Origin: a virus
Direction: 5' to 3' (one strand)
DNA: 64,000 nucleotides
Virus record (IMG/VR): IMGVR_UViG_3300028030_000001
Span: 19,397 to 83,396 of that record
The notes under the pieces were generated by a model that made no database searches, had not been told where the DNA came from, and saw only the letters and a list, made by a program, of their open reading frames with translations. Every line of letters starts with the position of its first letter. Position 1 is the stretch's first letter. Position numbers and translations under genes: made by a program. Positions 1-9,260 of the stretch are shown in pieces.

Positions 1-2
1 TG

Positions 3-461
3 AACACAAGCCCACGGTATCAATCTTCAGACTCAAGCAAAGTAGGTCCTCCGTCATTTATTGTTGAATCAGGAGGTGTATTCAAATGTTATGCGTCTTA
101 TATCTCTGACTTTAATATTGTCAATCTTGGGTCGGGAGGATCGTCTGTACTTGATATAGTTCGGTGTGATTTCTACAATAATAAAGCTGTTTATCTGAAT
201 TCGTCTAACCTTGATTTTATTCAGACTAAGTTACATTTTCCTGGCACTAACAAATCTAATATAGGCATAATTTACAGCATTAAATCATTTGAAGATATAA
301 CTGTGTTCCAGGCTACGGAATCGTTTACTGTAAGAACGAACATGACCATGAACAGGTATACAGCGTCTGATACAACTAATGACTTGGTAATACTTGACGG
401 TGTTACTGTTAATGTTATTGATTCGGATATTGACACAAGCAGTTTGAAACGTATTACATAA
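3..461 (+). CDS. 5'-truncated tail-fibre-like beta-helix protein, paralog of 461..1786
   Basis: Not in the ORF track. Frame 3 is open from base 3 to TAA at 459-461, which overlaps the next ATG. It reads ...FIVESGGVFKCYAS...DTTNDLVILDGVTVNVIDSDIDTSSLKRIT* and aligns by eye with the C-terminus of 461..1786. Confidence 0.75.
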   Translation, partial: NTSPRYQSSDSSKVGPPSFIVESGGVFKCYASYISDFNIVNLGSGGSSVLDIVRCDFYNNKAVYLNSSNLDFIQTKLHFPGTNKSNIGIIYSIKSFEDITVFQATESFTVRTNMTMNRYTASDTTNDLVILDGVTVNVIDSDIDTSSLKRIT

Positions 462-1786
462 TGGCTGATTTTAGTGATGATTATAGTATAGTAGGAGCTT
501 CGTCTGATAACTTCAACTGTGACAGTACAGGTGGTTGGGGTACTGGCGGTAATGCTACATCTCTTGCTACGAACTCGGACAGGGTTGAAGGGTCTTATTC
601 GCTGGAATTGACAGCCTCTAATTCAGGGGATTCCTACTGGTATCATGATATATCGTCAGGATATAGGTTTAAAATAACGGAAAAAGATTTACACTTTTGG
701 TTTAAATACGTTAAAGGTAAAGGGGCTAATTTTCTTGTCCAAAACAGCACAGCGGTTGTAGTTAGATTGTATTTTGGCGGTACTACTAAATACGCTGATT
801 ATAGATGTACTTCTGAAGGAGATATAGAGCTTAAATTTGGTTGGCAGCTTTTGTCTTGTTCAGGTACTAATCTACGTGGAGGTTCTGTAGGTGGAGGGCA
901 TAACGGCGGTTCAGACTACGATTTAGACATATATCGTATAGAACTACATTTGAATTTTGCAAACAAAAACGACACGCCTCTTGCTATGGATTGCTGGTTT
1001 GTAGGAACCAAAATTGTAGTAACTAACGGAACAACATCTTCACCTTGTACGCCTGAAGATATTGTTTCGTATTCTGACACAGATAGATCAGCTTTTCCTT
1101 TAGGGCTTGCTAAACTTAACGGCAAACTTTTCGATCTTAAATCAGGTCTTGATATAGGCAACGGTTCTGACGGGGCAGGAAATGAGGGAGTGTTCAAGAT
1201 TACGTCAAGTTTCTTTCTTCTTAACCAGTTAAGTGAAGAGGTAAAGCACCATATAACGGTTAAAAATTATAGCCAGTTTCAGAGTGGTGAGATTGAAACT
1301 GGATCAGACGATAGTTATTACGTGCGAGGGTGTAAGATTGTTTTACCGGCTTCAAGATACTCGGATTTTGTTGTCCAGAACGGTGGAACTTGTAAACTGT
1401 ACGCTACCAAACTTTACAGATTCAGAAATATTTATTTAGGTGCTTTATCTGATACAGGTTCTACGTGTGAAATACATTCAGTAGATTTTGATTCAAATGA
1501 ATGTGTGTATTTTAGGGCTAACACACTTAATATGTCTGATGTACATATTCACGACAATCCTGCCAATATCGTAAATAATGCCTGTACATTTTCAGTGACT
1601 CCTGACAGCGTATCTACTGTAAAAATTTACAGGTGTCCGCACGGAGCATATTTTGATGCTAATGTGTCTGTATCAGACTTAACTATAACCGACACTACTA
1701 ATTATGATATAGGTATAAAAGATACATATACTGTACACATATTGAATAGTGTTTTCAATGCTAATAAACTTTTGAGGTTTACCTAA
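461..1786 (+). CDS. Tail-fibre/receptor-binding-like protein (N-terminal carbohydrate-binding-like domain, C-terminal beta-helix-like region)
   Basis: 441 aa, rich in G/S/T/N and beta-forming residues. N-terminal NCDSTGGW...VEGSYSL motif. Lies among tail genes. Confidence 0.55.
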   Translation: MADFSDDYSIVGASSDNFNCDSTGGWGTGGNATSLATNSDRVEGSYSLELTASNSGDSYWYHDISSGYRFKITEKDLHFWFKYVKGKGANFLVQNSTAVVVRLYFGGTTKYADYRCTSEGDIELKFGWQLLSCSGTNLRGGSVGGGHNGGSDYDLDIYRIELHLNFANKNDTPLAMDCWFVGTKIVVTNGTTSSPCTPEDIVSYSDTDRSAFPLGLAKLNGKLFDLKSGLDIGNGSDGAGNEGVFKITSSFFLLNQLSEEVKHHITVKNYSQFQSGEIETGSDDSYYVRGCKIVLPASRYSDFVVQNGGTCKLYATKLYRFRNIYLGALSDTGSTCEIHSVDFDSNECVYFRANTLNMSDVHIHDNPANIVNNACTFSVTPDSVSTVKIYRCPHGAYFDANVSVSDLTITDTTNYDIGIKDTYTVHILNSVFNANKLLRFT

Positions 1787-2622
1787 TGAATATAAAAGAT
1801 GTTACTTATGTAGGCTACAAGTCTATGGCTATATTGTGGGGTATCAGCAGTAATTACTGGGATATAGTTAAGGTATTCCGCAAACAAGCTGAGAGTAAAC
1901 AGTCTGAATATGCTCCTGGGTCTACCGAAAATGTGCGGTGGGAAAAGATAAAAGATAGGTGGAATGATTTAGCTGTTCGTATTTCGTGGGAAATGAAATA
2001 CTTAAACGGAAGTTATGGCGGTTACGGTCTTGGTGTGGAAAAGATGCTTTCACAACTATGGTCATATTTAGGCTATGACCACAAAGACTTACCAGCGTTT
2101 AGTTCATACAAACATTTGCCATTGTTGTTGCCTACAACTTTTAAAGTTGAGCCTCCCAATAATATAAGTAGTATAGAGCAACAACCTATTAGCAAAGAAG
2201 ATACTGAGTTAAGATCGCCAATACGCAACGAAAAAGAGTTTCAAGATCGGTATATCACACTGTTTAATGGTACAGTGTTTCGTATTTATACTAGTATTGG
2301 TCTTGGTATGTGGCTTAATAGTGTACTTGATAGAGACTCAGCAGATGACTATGCGTTAGATTTGTGGGACATAGTATTAGAAGGTTCCAGAAATTTTATG
2401 TATTATAGTAGGTCTTGTTTGTCAGAATCGGAAGCTAGTAATGTACAGTATTTTGACGGTAAACAAACAGATACGCAAGAAAAAATGAGAATAAGAGCTA
2501 AATACATAAGAAAACACGAAAATACTTTAACTGTCAATGGTGGAGTATACGCAATCAATAAAAGCAATATACCTGAACAATACATAAACAGTGTAAATAC
2601 TTTAGACGATTTAAATGATTAA
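1786..2622 (+). CDS. Hypothetical protein, translationally coupled to both neighbours
   Basis: 278 aa ORF overlapping both flanking genes. No motif recognised. Confidence 0.6.
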   Translation: MNIKDVTYVGYKSMAILWGISSNYWDIVKVFRKQAESKQSEYAPGSTENVRWEKIKDRWNDLAVRISWEMKYLNGSYGGYGLGVEKMLSQLWSYLGYDHKDLPAFSSYKHLPLLLPTTFKVEPPNNISSIEQQPISKEDTELRSPIRNEKEFQDRYITLFNGTVFRIYTSIGLGMWLNSVLDRDSADDYALDLWDIVLEGSRNFMYYSRSCLSESEASNVQYFDGKQTDTQEKMRIRAKYIRKHENTLTVNGGVYAINKSNIPEQYINSVNTLDDLND

Positions 2623-3388
2623 AGGAAGACCTGTTTTATACACATACTATGAGCCATACATTGCTCCTGAATTTGCTTTAAGCTACATAGATGTTCTTAC
2701 AGATATTGTGGTGTCAAGTAAGGAGCAGTGTTTTTTGAAGTTTGATACTTTAGCACCTGCTGGCATAATGCTAGGTAAAGGTCAATCAATAAAGTGTCTA
2801 AACACTGAAAAAATAAGAGAAGATAAAATAAGAGTAACAAGAAGGCAAACTGGAGGTACTGCTATATGGGCTAATCCGTTTGATATAAGTTATACTATAT
2901 GTGTGCCTCAGAAATATATAGACACGAAAGACAGAAAACAAAGCGATATTTTTTTGTATTTTACTAGCATATTCGGTAAGGCCATAAACAGGTTAGGCAT
3001 AAAAGCTAATCAATCGAATTGGTCAACACACAGTGAACGTAAGTGTCAATTTTGTTTTTGCAGTTTAGATAAAGGGGAATTAACTGTAAACGGTAAAAAG
3101 TTATGTGGAGGAGCGTTTAAAGCCAACTCTCGTATATATATGCAACAAGGCTATACGCTTATTAACACTAATCAGGCTGATTTGATGAAATATTTTAACT
3201 ACACAGGTAAAGATATTGCTTGCGAAAACCTCAATAATTTACTAAAACAGTCTGTAAAAATAAAAATGTTTGTTGACTGTGTTATAGAAGAGTTCAGCAA
3301 GATTTTTGATGTAACAATTAAACACAGAACAACAGAAGAAACACACTTATCTATGCTTAATATAGATAGGTTCATTGTTCAGGTATAA
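2615..3388 (+). CDS. Lipoate-protein ligase / octanoyltransferase family protein (BPL/LplA/LipM-like)
   Basis: RRQTGGTAI (family RRxxGGxA motif), DISYTI, CFxxxxxGELTVNGKKLCGGA and MQQG. Keeps the LipM-type CF cysteine and the catalytic Lys of GKK. Confidence 0.85.
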   Translation: MIKGRPVLYTYYEPYIAPEFALSYIDVLTDIVVSSKEQCFLKFDTLAPAGIMLGKGQSIKCLNTEKIREDKIRVTRRQTGGTAIWANPFDISYTICVPQKYIDTKDRKQSDIFLYFTSIFGKAINRLGIKANQSNWSTHSERKCQFCFCSLDKGELTVNGKKLCGGAFKANSRIYMQQGYTLINTNQADLMKYFNYTGKDIACENLNNLLKQSVKIKMFVDCVIEEFSKIFDVTIKHRTTEETHLSMLNIDRFIVQV

Positions 3389-3390
3389 CG

Positions 3391-4521
3391 ATGTCGAGCA
3401 TACTTAACAGACGATGGACATGGAAGGTTAACGTACAGAGTGGCGGTAGTGGTGTAAGTAGTGCCAAGGTTGCTCTGTGGGATGCTGACTCGTCATTTTC
3501 CTCAAGCCTTACAAATTCTTCTGGCGATATAGCTGACCAATCCATTTACGAAGCTATATACACAATAACAGATACAAGCACTATAGCTGAGACACTAAAG
3601 ACTCCACATACTGTAGCCTGCCTTAAATACGGCCTGTCACCTGTTACGCTCTCAATCAATTTTATAGCCGCAAGAAAAGACACATTCTATATGTCTACAG
3701 ATTCGTTTATAACACAAACGGATCAGACCACGGTTGATGCCTATACCGGAATCAGTATAAGTCACAGCAACAAGACCATAACGTTATCAGAATCACATAC
3801 GATTGAGGAACTTTACGATTACTGTCAGAGCGAAGCATACAATAATCCACAGAAAGATTATCCTGACAGCATATTTAAAACAGTTGACGGTATAACATAC
3901 CAGTCCTATTACACTATAATACTAACTTCTGGCACATTTAATTGTAGCAATAAAACAATAAACTTTGTTTCTGGTGAAAAGTTAAAATGTCAAGGGGGTA
4001 TACCAGATAACATAAGTATAGTAGGCGATGTTGAGTGGGGTACATCTACATCACTAAGTAATTTCACTTTAGACGGAATATTGCAGTTTAATGATCCTGT
4101 TACATTAGATTTATACAACAGCAGCGTAGACACAGTAACAACTGAATCAGGAGAAACAGTTATTATAAATCTAAGCAAATCAACCATAAACACTAATAAC
4201 GATCCTACTAATATAACTATAAACAATTTTGTTGCTTTGGTGTTCAAAGTCACAGATATGGACGGAAATAATGTGCCAAATGCGGCTGTGTATTTGAAAG
4301 CCGATTCAGGAGGTGCTTTAGCACCTGGCACTCAAATAGTAAAAACAACTACAGACAGTAACGGGGAGCTTACTGTTAACTTTAACTACACATCTGACCA
4401 GCCAGTGATAGGCCACATAAGAAAAGCAACATCAAATCCGTATTACAAAACTTATACATTATCAGGCACAATAACCAGCAGTGGTTACAATGTTTCTGCT
4501 AAAATGGTAAAGGACGAATAA
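3391..4521 (+). CDS. Tail-associated structural protein with Ig/transthyretin-like domains
   Basis: Ser/Thr-rich. Two VxVxxxxGxxVxxAxV-type modules: WKVNVQSGGSGVSSAKVAL and FKVTDMDGNNVPNAAVYL. Confidence 0.55.
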   Translation: MSSILNRRWTWKVNVQSGGSGVSSAKVALWDADSSFSSSLTNSSGDIADQSIYEAIYTITDTSTIAETLKTPHTVACLKYGLSPVTLSINFIAARKDTFYMSTDSFITQTDQTTVDAYTGISISHSNKTITLSESHTIEELYDYCQSEAYNNPQKDYPDSIFKTVDGITYQSYYTIILTSGTFNCSNKTINFVSGEKLKCQGGIPDNISIVGDVEWGTSTSLSNFTLDGILQFNDPVTLDLYNSSVDTVTTESGETVIINLSKSTINTNNDPTNITINNFVALVFKVTDMDGNNVPNAAVYLKADSGGALAPGTQIVKTTTDSNGELTVNFNYTSDQPVIGHIRKATSNPYYKTYTLSGTITSSGYNVSAKMVKDE

Positions 4522-4718
4522 TGGACGATATTTCTAAGAAGAATTTTGTTACTATAGATGCTTGGCTCAAAAGAAACAACACCAGTATAAGCGAAGTATT
4601 AAGTAGATTAACAAAACTAGAAATTAAAGTGGCAGAACTTGAAACCGCTAATGCACAGTACAGAGAGCAAATAGCTATACTTAACGGGAGACTGTTTGGT
4701 GGAGGCCCTACAACATAA
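4521..4718 (+). CDS. Small coiled-coil protein
   Basis: 65 aa with heptad pattern; TAATG overlaps on both sides. Confidence 0.6.
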   Translation: MDDISKKNFVTIDAWLKRNNTSISEVLSRLTKLEIKVAELETANAQYREQIAILNGRLFGGGPTT

Positions 4719-5860
4719 TGGCTATAACAGTAGAACCTGGCACATATATAATTCATGTACCTAAAGATGATCTTACCTTGGTTCAATCTGATCCTACAGA
4801 AATACGTGAGATGGACCTTAACTGGTTCAGAATGCAGTTGCGTGATTGGGAAGATAGTGAGGCAGGTATAGTTGAACCTGTTACGCATAATCACAATACT
4901 GAAGTTGTGTTAGGTGGTATAACCTATGCTAGAGTTATCGAAATATTGCCTCCGTACACTATAACATTCGAAGACGGCCAATATGCGGTTAATCTGGTAG
5001 GGGCAAATAGCAATGTCGGAGACAGAGTAAATGTTAATCAAGTTTCAATTCGTTCCAGTAATTCGGCAGGGCTGATTTTTAGTGATCTGTTAGAGTACGC
5101 TTCCTTTAATGGTTATGTAACTTACGATGAAGTTAATGGTGTTTCTGGTACTTTGATGCCTACAGGTACAGAAAAACAACCTGTAAATAATATGAGAGAT
5201 GCCAAACTAATAGCAGAATATAGGGGTTTGTTTAAAGGCTATATAAAAGGTGGTGGGATTACACTTGACGGTACAGAAGATGTAGCATCATTTGAATTTA
5301 TTGGTGAAGGCGGAGACAGGACAATAATTACTGTGCTACCAGAAGCTAACGTATCTAATTGTGTGTTTAGAAAAGCTTTCGTTACAGGTACTTTGGATGG
5401 AAAATCAAAGCTTGTTCAGTGTGCAATAGGCGATCTTTCTTATATTAACGGATATGTGTACGAGTGTTTCTTGGTAGGAGGCACTATTTCGTTAGGTGGT
5501 AATAGGGCTGCGGCGTTTCTTAACTGTTGGTCTGATAACTCTATGCCGGGAACACCTGTTATAGACTTAGGCGGGTCTGGACAGCCTTTGTCTATGCAAA
5601 ATTTTGTAGGGGAAATAACTCTTACTAACAAAACAGGCCCCGATTATGTCATGATAACATTAAGTGAAGGTTGTGTGTACGTTGATACAGCTACAATGAC
5701 TAATGGTACGCTTGTTGTGGCCGGTACAGGTCGTGTTATAGACATAGTAACAGGCAAAGATTTAGTTTCTGGTATGTATGGTAATATGGAAGTACAGAAT
5801 CACGTAATATCCCTATCAAATATAGCTGGTAGGGTGTGGTCACAAAACGAGGCCCCGTAA
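4718..5860 (+). CDS. Virion structural / tail-associated protein
   Basis: 380 aa. N-terminal EDGQYAVNLVGANSN...NQVSIRSSNSAGL region resembles other phage tail-region proteins I recall. Beta-rich C-terminus. Confidence 0.5.
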   Translation: MAITVEPGTYIIHVPKDDLTLVQSDPTEIREMDLNWFRMQLRDWEDSEAGIVEPVTHNHNTEVVLGGITYARVIEILPPYTITFEDGQYAVNLVGANSNVGDRVNVNQVSIRSSNSAGLIFSDLLEYASFNGYVTYDEVNGVSGTLMPTGTEKQPVNNMRDAKLIAEYRGLFKGYIKGGGITLDGTEDVASFEFIGEGGDRTIITVLPEANVSNCVFRKAFVTGTLDGKSKLVQCAIGDLSYINGYVYECFLVGGTISLGGNRAAAFLNCWSDNSMPGTPVIDLGGSGQPLSMQNFVGEITLTNKTGPDYVMITLSEGCVYVDTATMTNGTLVVAGTGRVIDIVTGKDLVSGMYGNMEVQNHVISLSNIAGRVWSQNEAP

Positions 5861-6132
5861 TGGCTACAGCTTGGGAAATATTAACGTCCAAATCTTCGGC
5901 TCCTTCTGGGAGCACAGCTTGGGAACATCTCAACAGTATAACAGGTTCTGGGGGAGTTTTTATTTTGGCTGACGGTATTGATTTGCTACTAAATAACGAT
6001 GTTTCAGTAGTGGATGTGTCTAATGAAGAAAAGTTGTCTGTTATACTGTCAGATAGCGATATTACAGTAACTGAAGATAACAGCAGAATAAGCATTAACA
6101 AAGACTATGTTGTTGATATTGTTAAGGGGTAA
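5860..6132 (+). CDS. Hypothetical tail-region protein
   Basis: Likely start is the ATG at 5860 (MATAWE...), overlapping the upstream stop. Internal TAWE repeat. Confidence 0.55.
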   Translation: MATAWEILTSKSSAPSGSTAWEHLNSITGSGGVFILADGIDLLLNNDVSVVDVSNEEKLSVILSDSDITVTEDNSRISINKDYVVDIVKG

Positions 6133-6135
6133 TTT

Positions 6136-6492
6136 ATGGCAGCAGCAGCTTCTTTAACTATAGAATACATGCGTGGGGATAGTTACCCCAAATATTTCAC
6201 AGTTATAGACACTGACACTAAAGAGCCTGTTCCTTTAGATGGATATACTGTGGTTATGACTGTTGACGAAAATCCTGAACCTAAAGACTCGTCTAGTATG
6301 GTTTTTCAGATTGATGGCGTTGTTGTTCCTGACGAAGTTGGTAAATTCTATATACACCCTACAGAAAGCAACAACAATATAGCACCAAACACTTACTATT
6401 TCGATTTTCAAATAATAAATAGTTCTTTAGGTATAAAAAGGACTATAGCTAAAGGTAAGTACAAAATTTATCAGGACATAAATAAGACTTAA
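6136..6492 (+). CDS. BppU-like baseplate / Ig-fold protein
   Basis: RGDS...F.V.D....PV.L.GY...G.F...PT...YYFDFQI pattern. Confidence 0.55.
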   Translation: MAAAASLTIEYMRGDSYPKYFTVIDTDTKEPVPLDGYTVVMTVDENPEPKDSSSMVFQIDGVVVPDEVGKFYIHPTESNNNIAPNTYYFDFQIINSSLGIKRTIAKGKYKIYQDINKT

Positions 6493-6496
6493 TGGT

Positions 6497-6826
6497 GTGG
6501 ATATATTATTTGACAATAGTTTGTGGGTTTCTATGATTGAACCTGTTACTATTTGCTCTGCTCTGTCCATAGTAGCTAGTTTAGGCGATAGAAAAGGTTT
6601 AAAGAATAATATGGTGTGGTTTCTTCTATCAAACACCGTTTCCAGTGTTTGTATGGGTGTTTCTATACATATTATTGCGTATAGGTTTGATACTACACTA
6701 TTTAATGAGTATGAGTACGTTATGCTGATTGTGGCTGGTTTAGGCGGCGAACCGTTGCTTAGAAATATACAGAGTTTTCTTAGAAATATTAATGTTGTTG
6801 ATTTATTGAGGTGGTTACGGAAATGA
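6497..6826 (+). CDS. Small multi-pass membrane protein (holin-like)
   Basis: About three hydrophobic segments, AGLGG motif, basic C-terminus (LRWLRK). Confidence 0.5.
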   Translation: MDILFDNSLWVSMIEPVTICSALSIVASLGDRKGLKNNMVWFLLSNTVSSVCMGVSIHIIAYRFDTTLFNEYEYVMLIVAGLGGEPLLRNIQSFLRNINVVDLLRWLRK

Positions 6827-7326
6827 GTAATTGCAGCTATCCTTGGCAGATTTCCGCTGTAGCTATGTTTATGATGTTGTTAACAGGTGTTATAGTGGTT
6901 TATGCCCCTGTATGGTTATACTGTGTGTTCATGATGTATATAGGGGCTGAGTATATGACATTGGCTGGAGGGTATCTGTTTTGGCTTAACAGACGTAAAG
7001 AGGATTATTACGAAGAGACCAGTGTTCTGTATAGTATTGTTATAACTGATACACGTCTTATTCTGATGTGTTCGGTTATAGATATGTACAATTTGCTTGT
7101 TATACAGCCTGAATTGTGTGTAAATTTTTCTAATTCTGTATTCATTTCCGTACTTATAGATAGACTGTTGTTGAGTGCCTTGGTTATACACGCTATACAC
7201 GCTATTCTTATGTATGAGCGTTTGTCCGGTGTAGAGTTCGGTCTGTACATGCCTTTGTGTAAGGCTATAAAGAAAATAATGACTCGTATAAGAGGTATTA
7301 AATATGAAGATTGCCATACTGGATGA
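6823..7326 (+). CDS. Multi-pass membrane protein
   Basis: About four hydrophobic segments. ATGA overlap with the upstream gene gives a likely start at 6823. Confidence 0.6.
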   Translation: MSNCSYPWQISAVAMFMMLLTGVIVVYAPVWLYCVFMMYIGAEYMTLAGGYLFWLNRRKEDYYEETSVLYSIVITDTRLILMCSVIDMYNLLVIQPELCVNFSNSVFISVLIDRLLLSALVIHAIHAILMYERLSGVEFGLYMPLCKAIKKIMTRIRGIKYEDCHTG

Positions 7327-7828
7327 TGTTAAAGGTGTAAGAGATAGTATAAAAACTTATTTATTGCATCATACATTCAAAAAGAGTGAGGATATAAGAG
7401 TAGATACTATATGTAGCTATTTCGATATAGAATCAAGTCAGCTTCTTGACTACGATCTTTTGATTATTGATGAAGCTATGGAAAAGGTGAATGGGAGCGA
7501 AATAGTGTCTCATTTATGGCACATGGTAGATAGAGACTATGACAAACTTCCGTGTATTGTATTTGTTACAGGTTTCTATAGAGGTGTGCTTGATGAAAGA
7601 CTGCGTAAAACAGGTTTTGACAGAAATAAATTGAGGTATGATGTGCTTCAAAAACCGTTTAAGTTTATTGATCTTAAAAAGGTCATATATGAAATATGTC
7701 CTGAATATGTGGCTTTTTATGCGGATGACGAACCTCTTACAGTTAAAGAGTGTGTCAAGAGCTTTATAGAAAACGTACTATTCGGGATATTGCCAATACC
7801 TACCAATTTAGGAGGAGTAGCACCATGA
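7304..7828 (+). CDS. Stand-alone response-regulator receiver (CheY-like) protein
   Basis: KIAILDD acidic pair, LLIIDEAM phospho-Asp, NG, FVTG (Thr) and QKPF (Lys-Pro) are all present. Confidence 0.85.
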   Translation: MKIAILDDVKGVRDSIKTYLLHHTFKKSEDIRVDTICSYFDIESSQLLDYDLLIIDEAMEKVNGSEIVSHLWHMVDRDYDKLPCIVFVTGFYRGVLDERLRKTGFDRNKLRYDVLQKPFKFIDLKKVIYEICPEYVAFYADDEPLTVKECVKSFIENVLFGILPIPTNLGGVAP

Positions 7829-8238
7829 GAAAGTTTATGTTCTTTATTCTGTTTATGTTCCTTGCAATACCTTGTTTCGGTGAACTGCTCACTGATTGTC
7901 CCGTAGACGGTAAGAGTCTTACTATCATTTATGACGGTGACTCTTACGAATCAGACGTAATAGACTGCTCTGAATCTTTTTATGGTCCAGGTTCGTGTAA
8001 TATCGAATTAAGGTGGTGGAGGCATATCACAGGCAACACATACGAGATTGTCTACACGTCTTTTTACTGTAGTGAATCAAAAATAGCTATAGATTCGCTC
8101 GGATGCTTTTATTCTGACGGTACGGTGATATGCCCTCTTACACGATCATCTGATATGATGACGTTTACGGTTGATGGTGTGGTTTATAAATATTCAAAAG
8201 ATATTCCTATGCTTCCTGTCACTGTAAGTAATCCATGA
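7825..8238 (+). CDS. Secreted cysteine-containing hypothetical protein
   Basis: Start at 7825 follows a GGAGG RBS. Signal peptide MRKFMFFILFMFLAIPCFG. Confidence 0.6.
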   Translation: MRKFMFFILFMFLAIPCFGELLTDCPVDGKSLTIIYDGDSYESDVIDCSESFYGPGSCNIELRWWRHITGNTYEIVYTSFYCSESKIAIDSLGCFYSDGTVICPLTRSSDMMTFTVDGVVYKYSKDIPMLPVTVSNP

Positions 8239-8423
8239 ATCACACTGTACCCGAAAAACAGTTAGCATACGCTATACCTATCCATTACTTTCCTGTCACT
8301 GTAACAAAAACACGAGTTAAGTTACGTTGCCCCTACTGTGATGAGATAATGACTGTTGATGTACCTGATAAGTACCCGTCACCGTTCAAGTGCAGTAATT
8401 GTAACAAGGATTTGGTTTTATGA
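8235..8423 (+). CDS. Zinc-ribbon protein
   Basis: CPYC...CSNC. Confidence 0.55.
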   Translation: MNHTVPEKQLAYAIPIHYFPVTVTKTRVKLRCPYCDEIMTVDVPDKYPSPFKCSNCNKDLVL

Positions 8424-8629
8424 ACGATTTGGTTAGAGATTTAGTGTATAATTCTCCGTGCTATCAAGTACATCACAATATGTTGAACTGTGCCCAGATA
8501 CTTGGATTTTTATGTGACAGGATAGAGTCAGGCAAATTTGCGTGTGACGGTAAAGACAAAAATATGTTAATTCGTTGTAAAGATTTACTTGAACAAGCAG
8601 TAAATAGTTGTCCGGAGGTTTGTAAATGA
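8420..8629 (+). CDS. Hypothetical protein
   Basis: ATGA overlaps on both sides. Confidence 0.5.
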   Translation: MNDLVRDLVYNSPCYQVHHNMLNCAQILGFLCDRIESGKFACDGKDKNMLIRCKDLLEQAVNSCPEVCK

Positions 8630-8754
8630 AACGTAAAGTAGAAGTACGAGGCCAGAAACACTACAGAACTTCTATAGGTAATTCTTCTCACTCACGTCCG
8701 CTCAACAAACATAAGCGGCGTATGTTCAAGAAATATAAAGGCCAAGGAAGATGA
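8626..8754 (+). CDS. Small basic protein (42 aa) ending in YKGQGR
   Basis: Not in the ORF track. MKRKVEVRGQKHYRTSIGNSSHSRPLNKHKRRMFKKYKGQGR, with a GGAGG RBS and ATGA overlaps at both ends. Confidence 0.7.
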   Translation: MKRKVEVRGQKHYRTSIGNSSHSRPLNKHKRRMFKKYKGQGR

Positions 8755-9260
8755 GTTCATTCACTCGCCCACTCAAAACCGAAGTCTTATCTAAATCGAG
8801 ACGGATTTTACAACCGTTCCGATTCTGGTTAGGTAGAAAATACTGTACACCTTATGTTACAGTTCCGTATGGACTTGTGTTTGATGGGGCGTCTATACCT
8901 AAGTTTTTGTGGCCTGTAGTCGGTCATCCTTACGATTCTGATTTTGTTCAGGCAGCGGCAGTACATGACTACCTGTATCAGAACCTGGGTCGGGTTACGA
9001 TTCCTATAGGGTTCTGTGACTATACGCCTACTATACTTTATGTAGGCATGTTCAAGACTAAGAAGCTGGTAGCTAACTGGCATATATCAGGATCGAAGCT
9101 TGTCATACAGTACACTCGAAAAGGTTGCGATATGATTCTTTACCTTGGGTGTAAAGTGCTTCCATGCAGTAACTGGAAAGCTAATATAATATACGAGGGT
9201 GTCAGGTTAGGTGGCTGGCACGCTTGGAATAAATACAAAAGGAAGGTAAAAAATGACTAA
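8751..9260 (+). CDS. DUF1353-family protein
   Basis: VPxGxxFDGASIP...AAAVHDYLY...YxGVRLGG. Confidence 0.85.
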   Translation: MSSFTRPLKTEVLSKSRRILQPFRFWLGRKYCTPYVTVPYGLVFDGASIPKFLWPVVGHPYDSDFVQAAAVHDYLYQNLGRVTIPIGFCDYTPTILYVGMFKTKKLVANWHISGSKLVIQYTRKGCDMILYLGCKVLPCSNWKANIIYEGVRLGGWHAWNKYKRKVKND

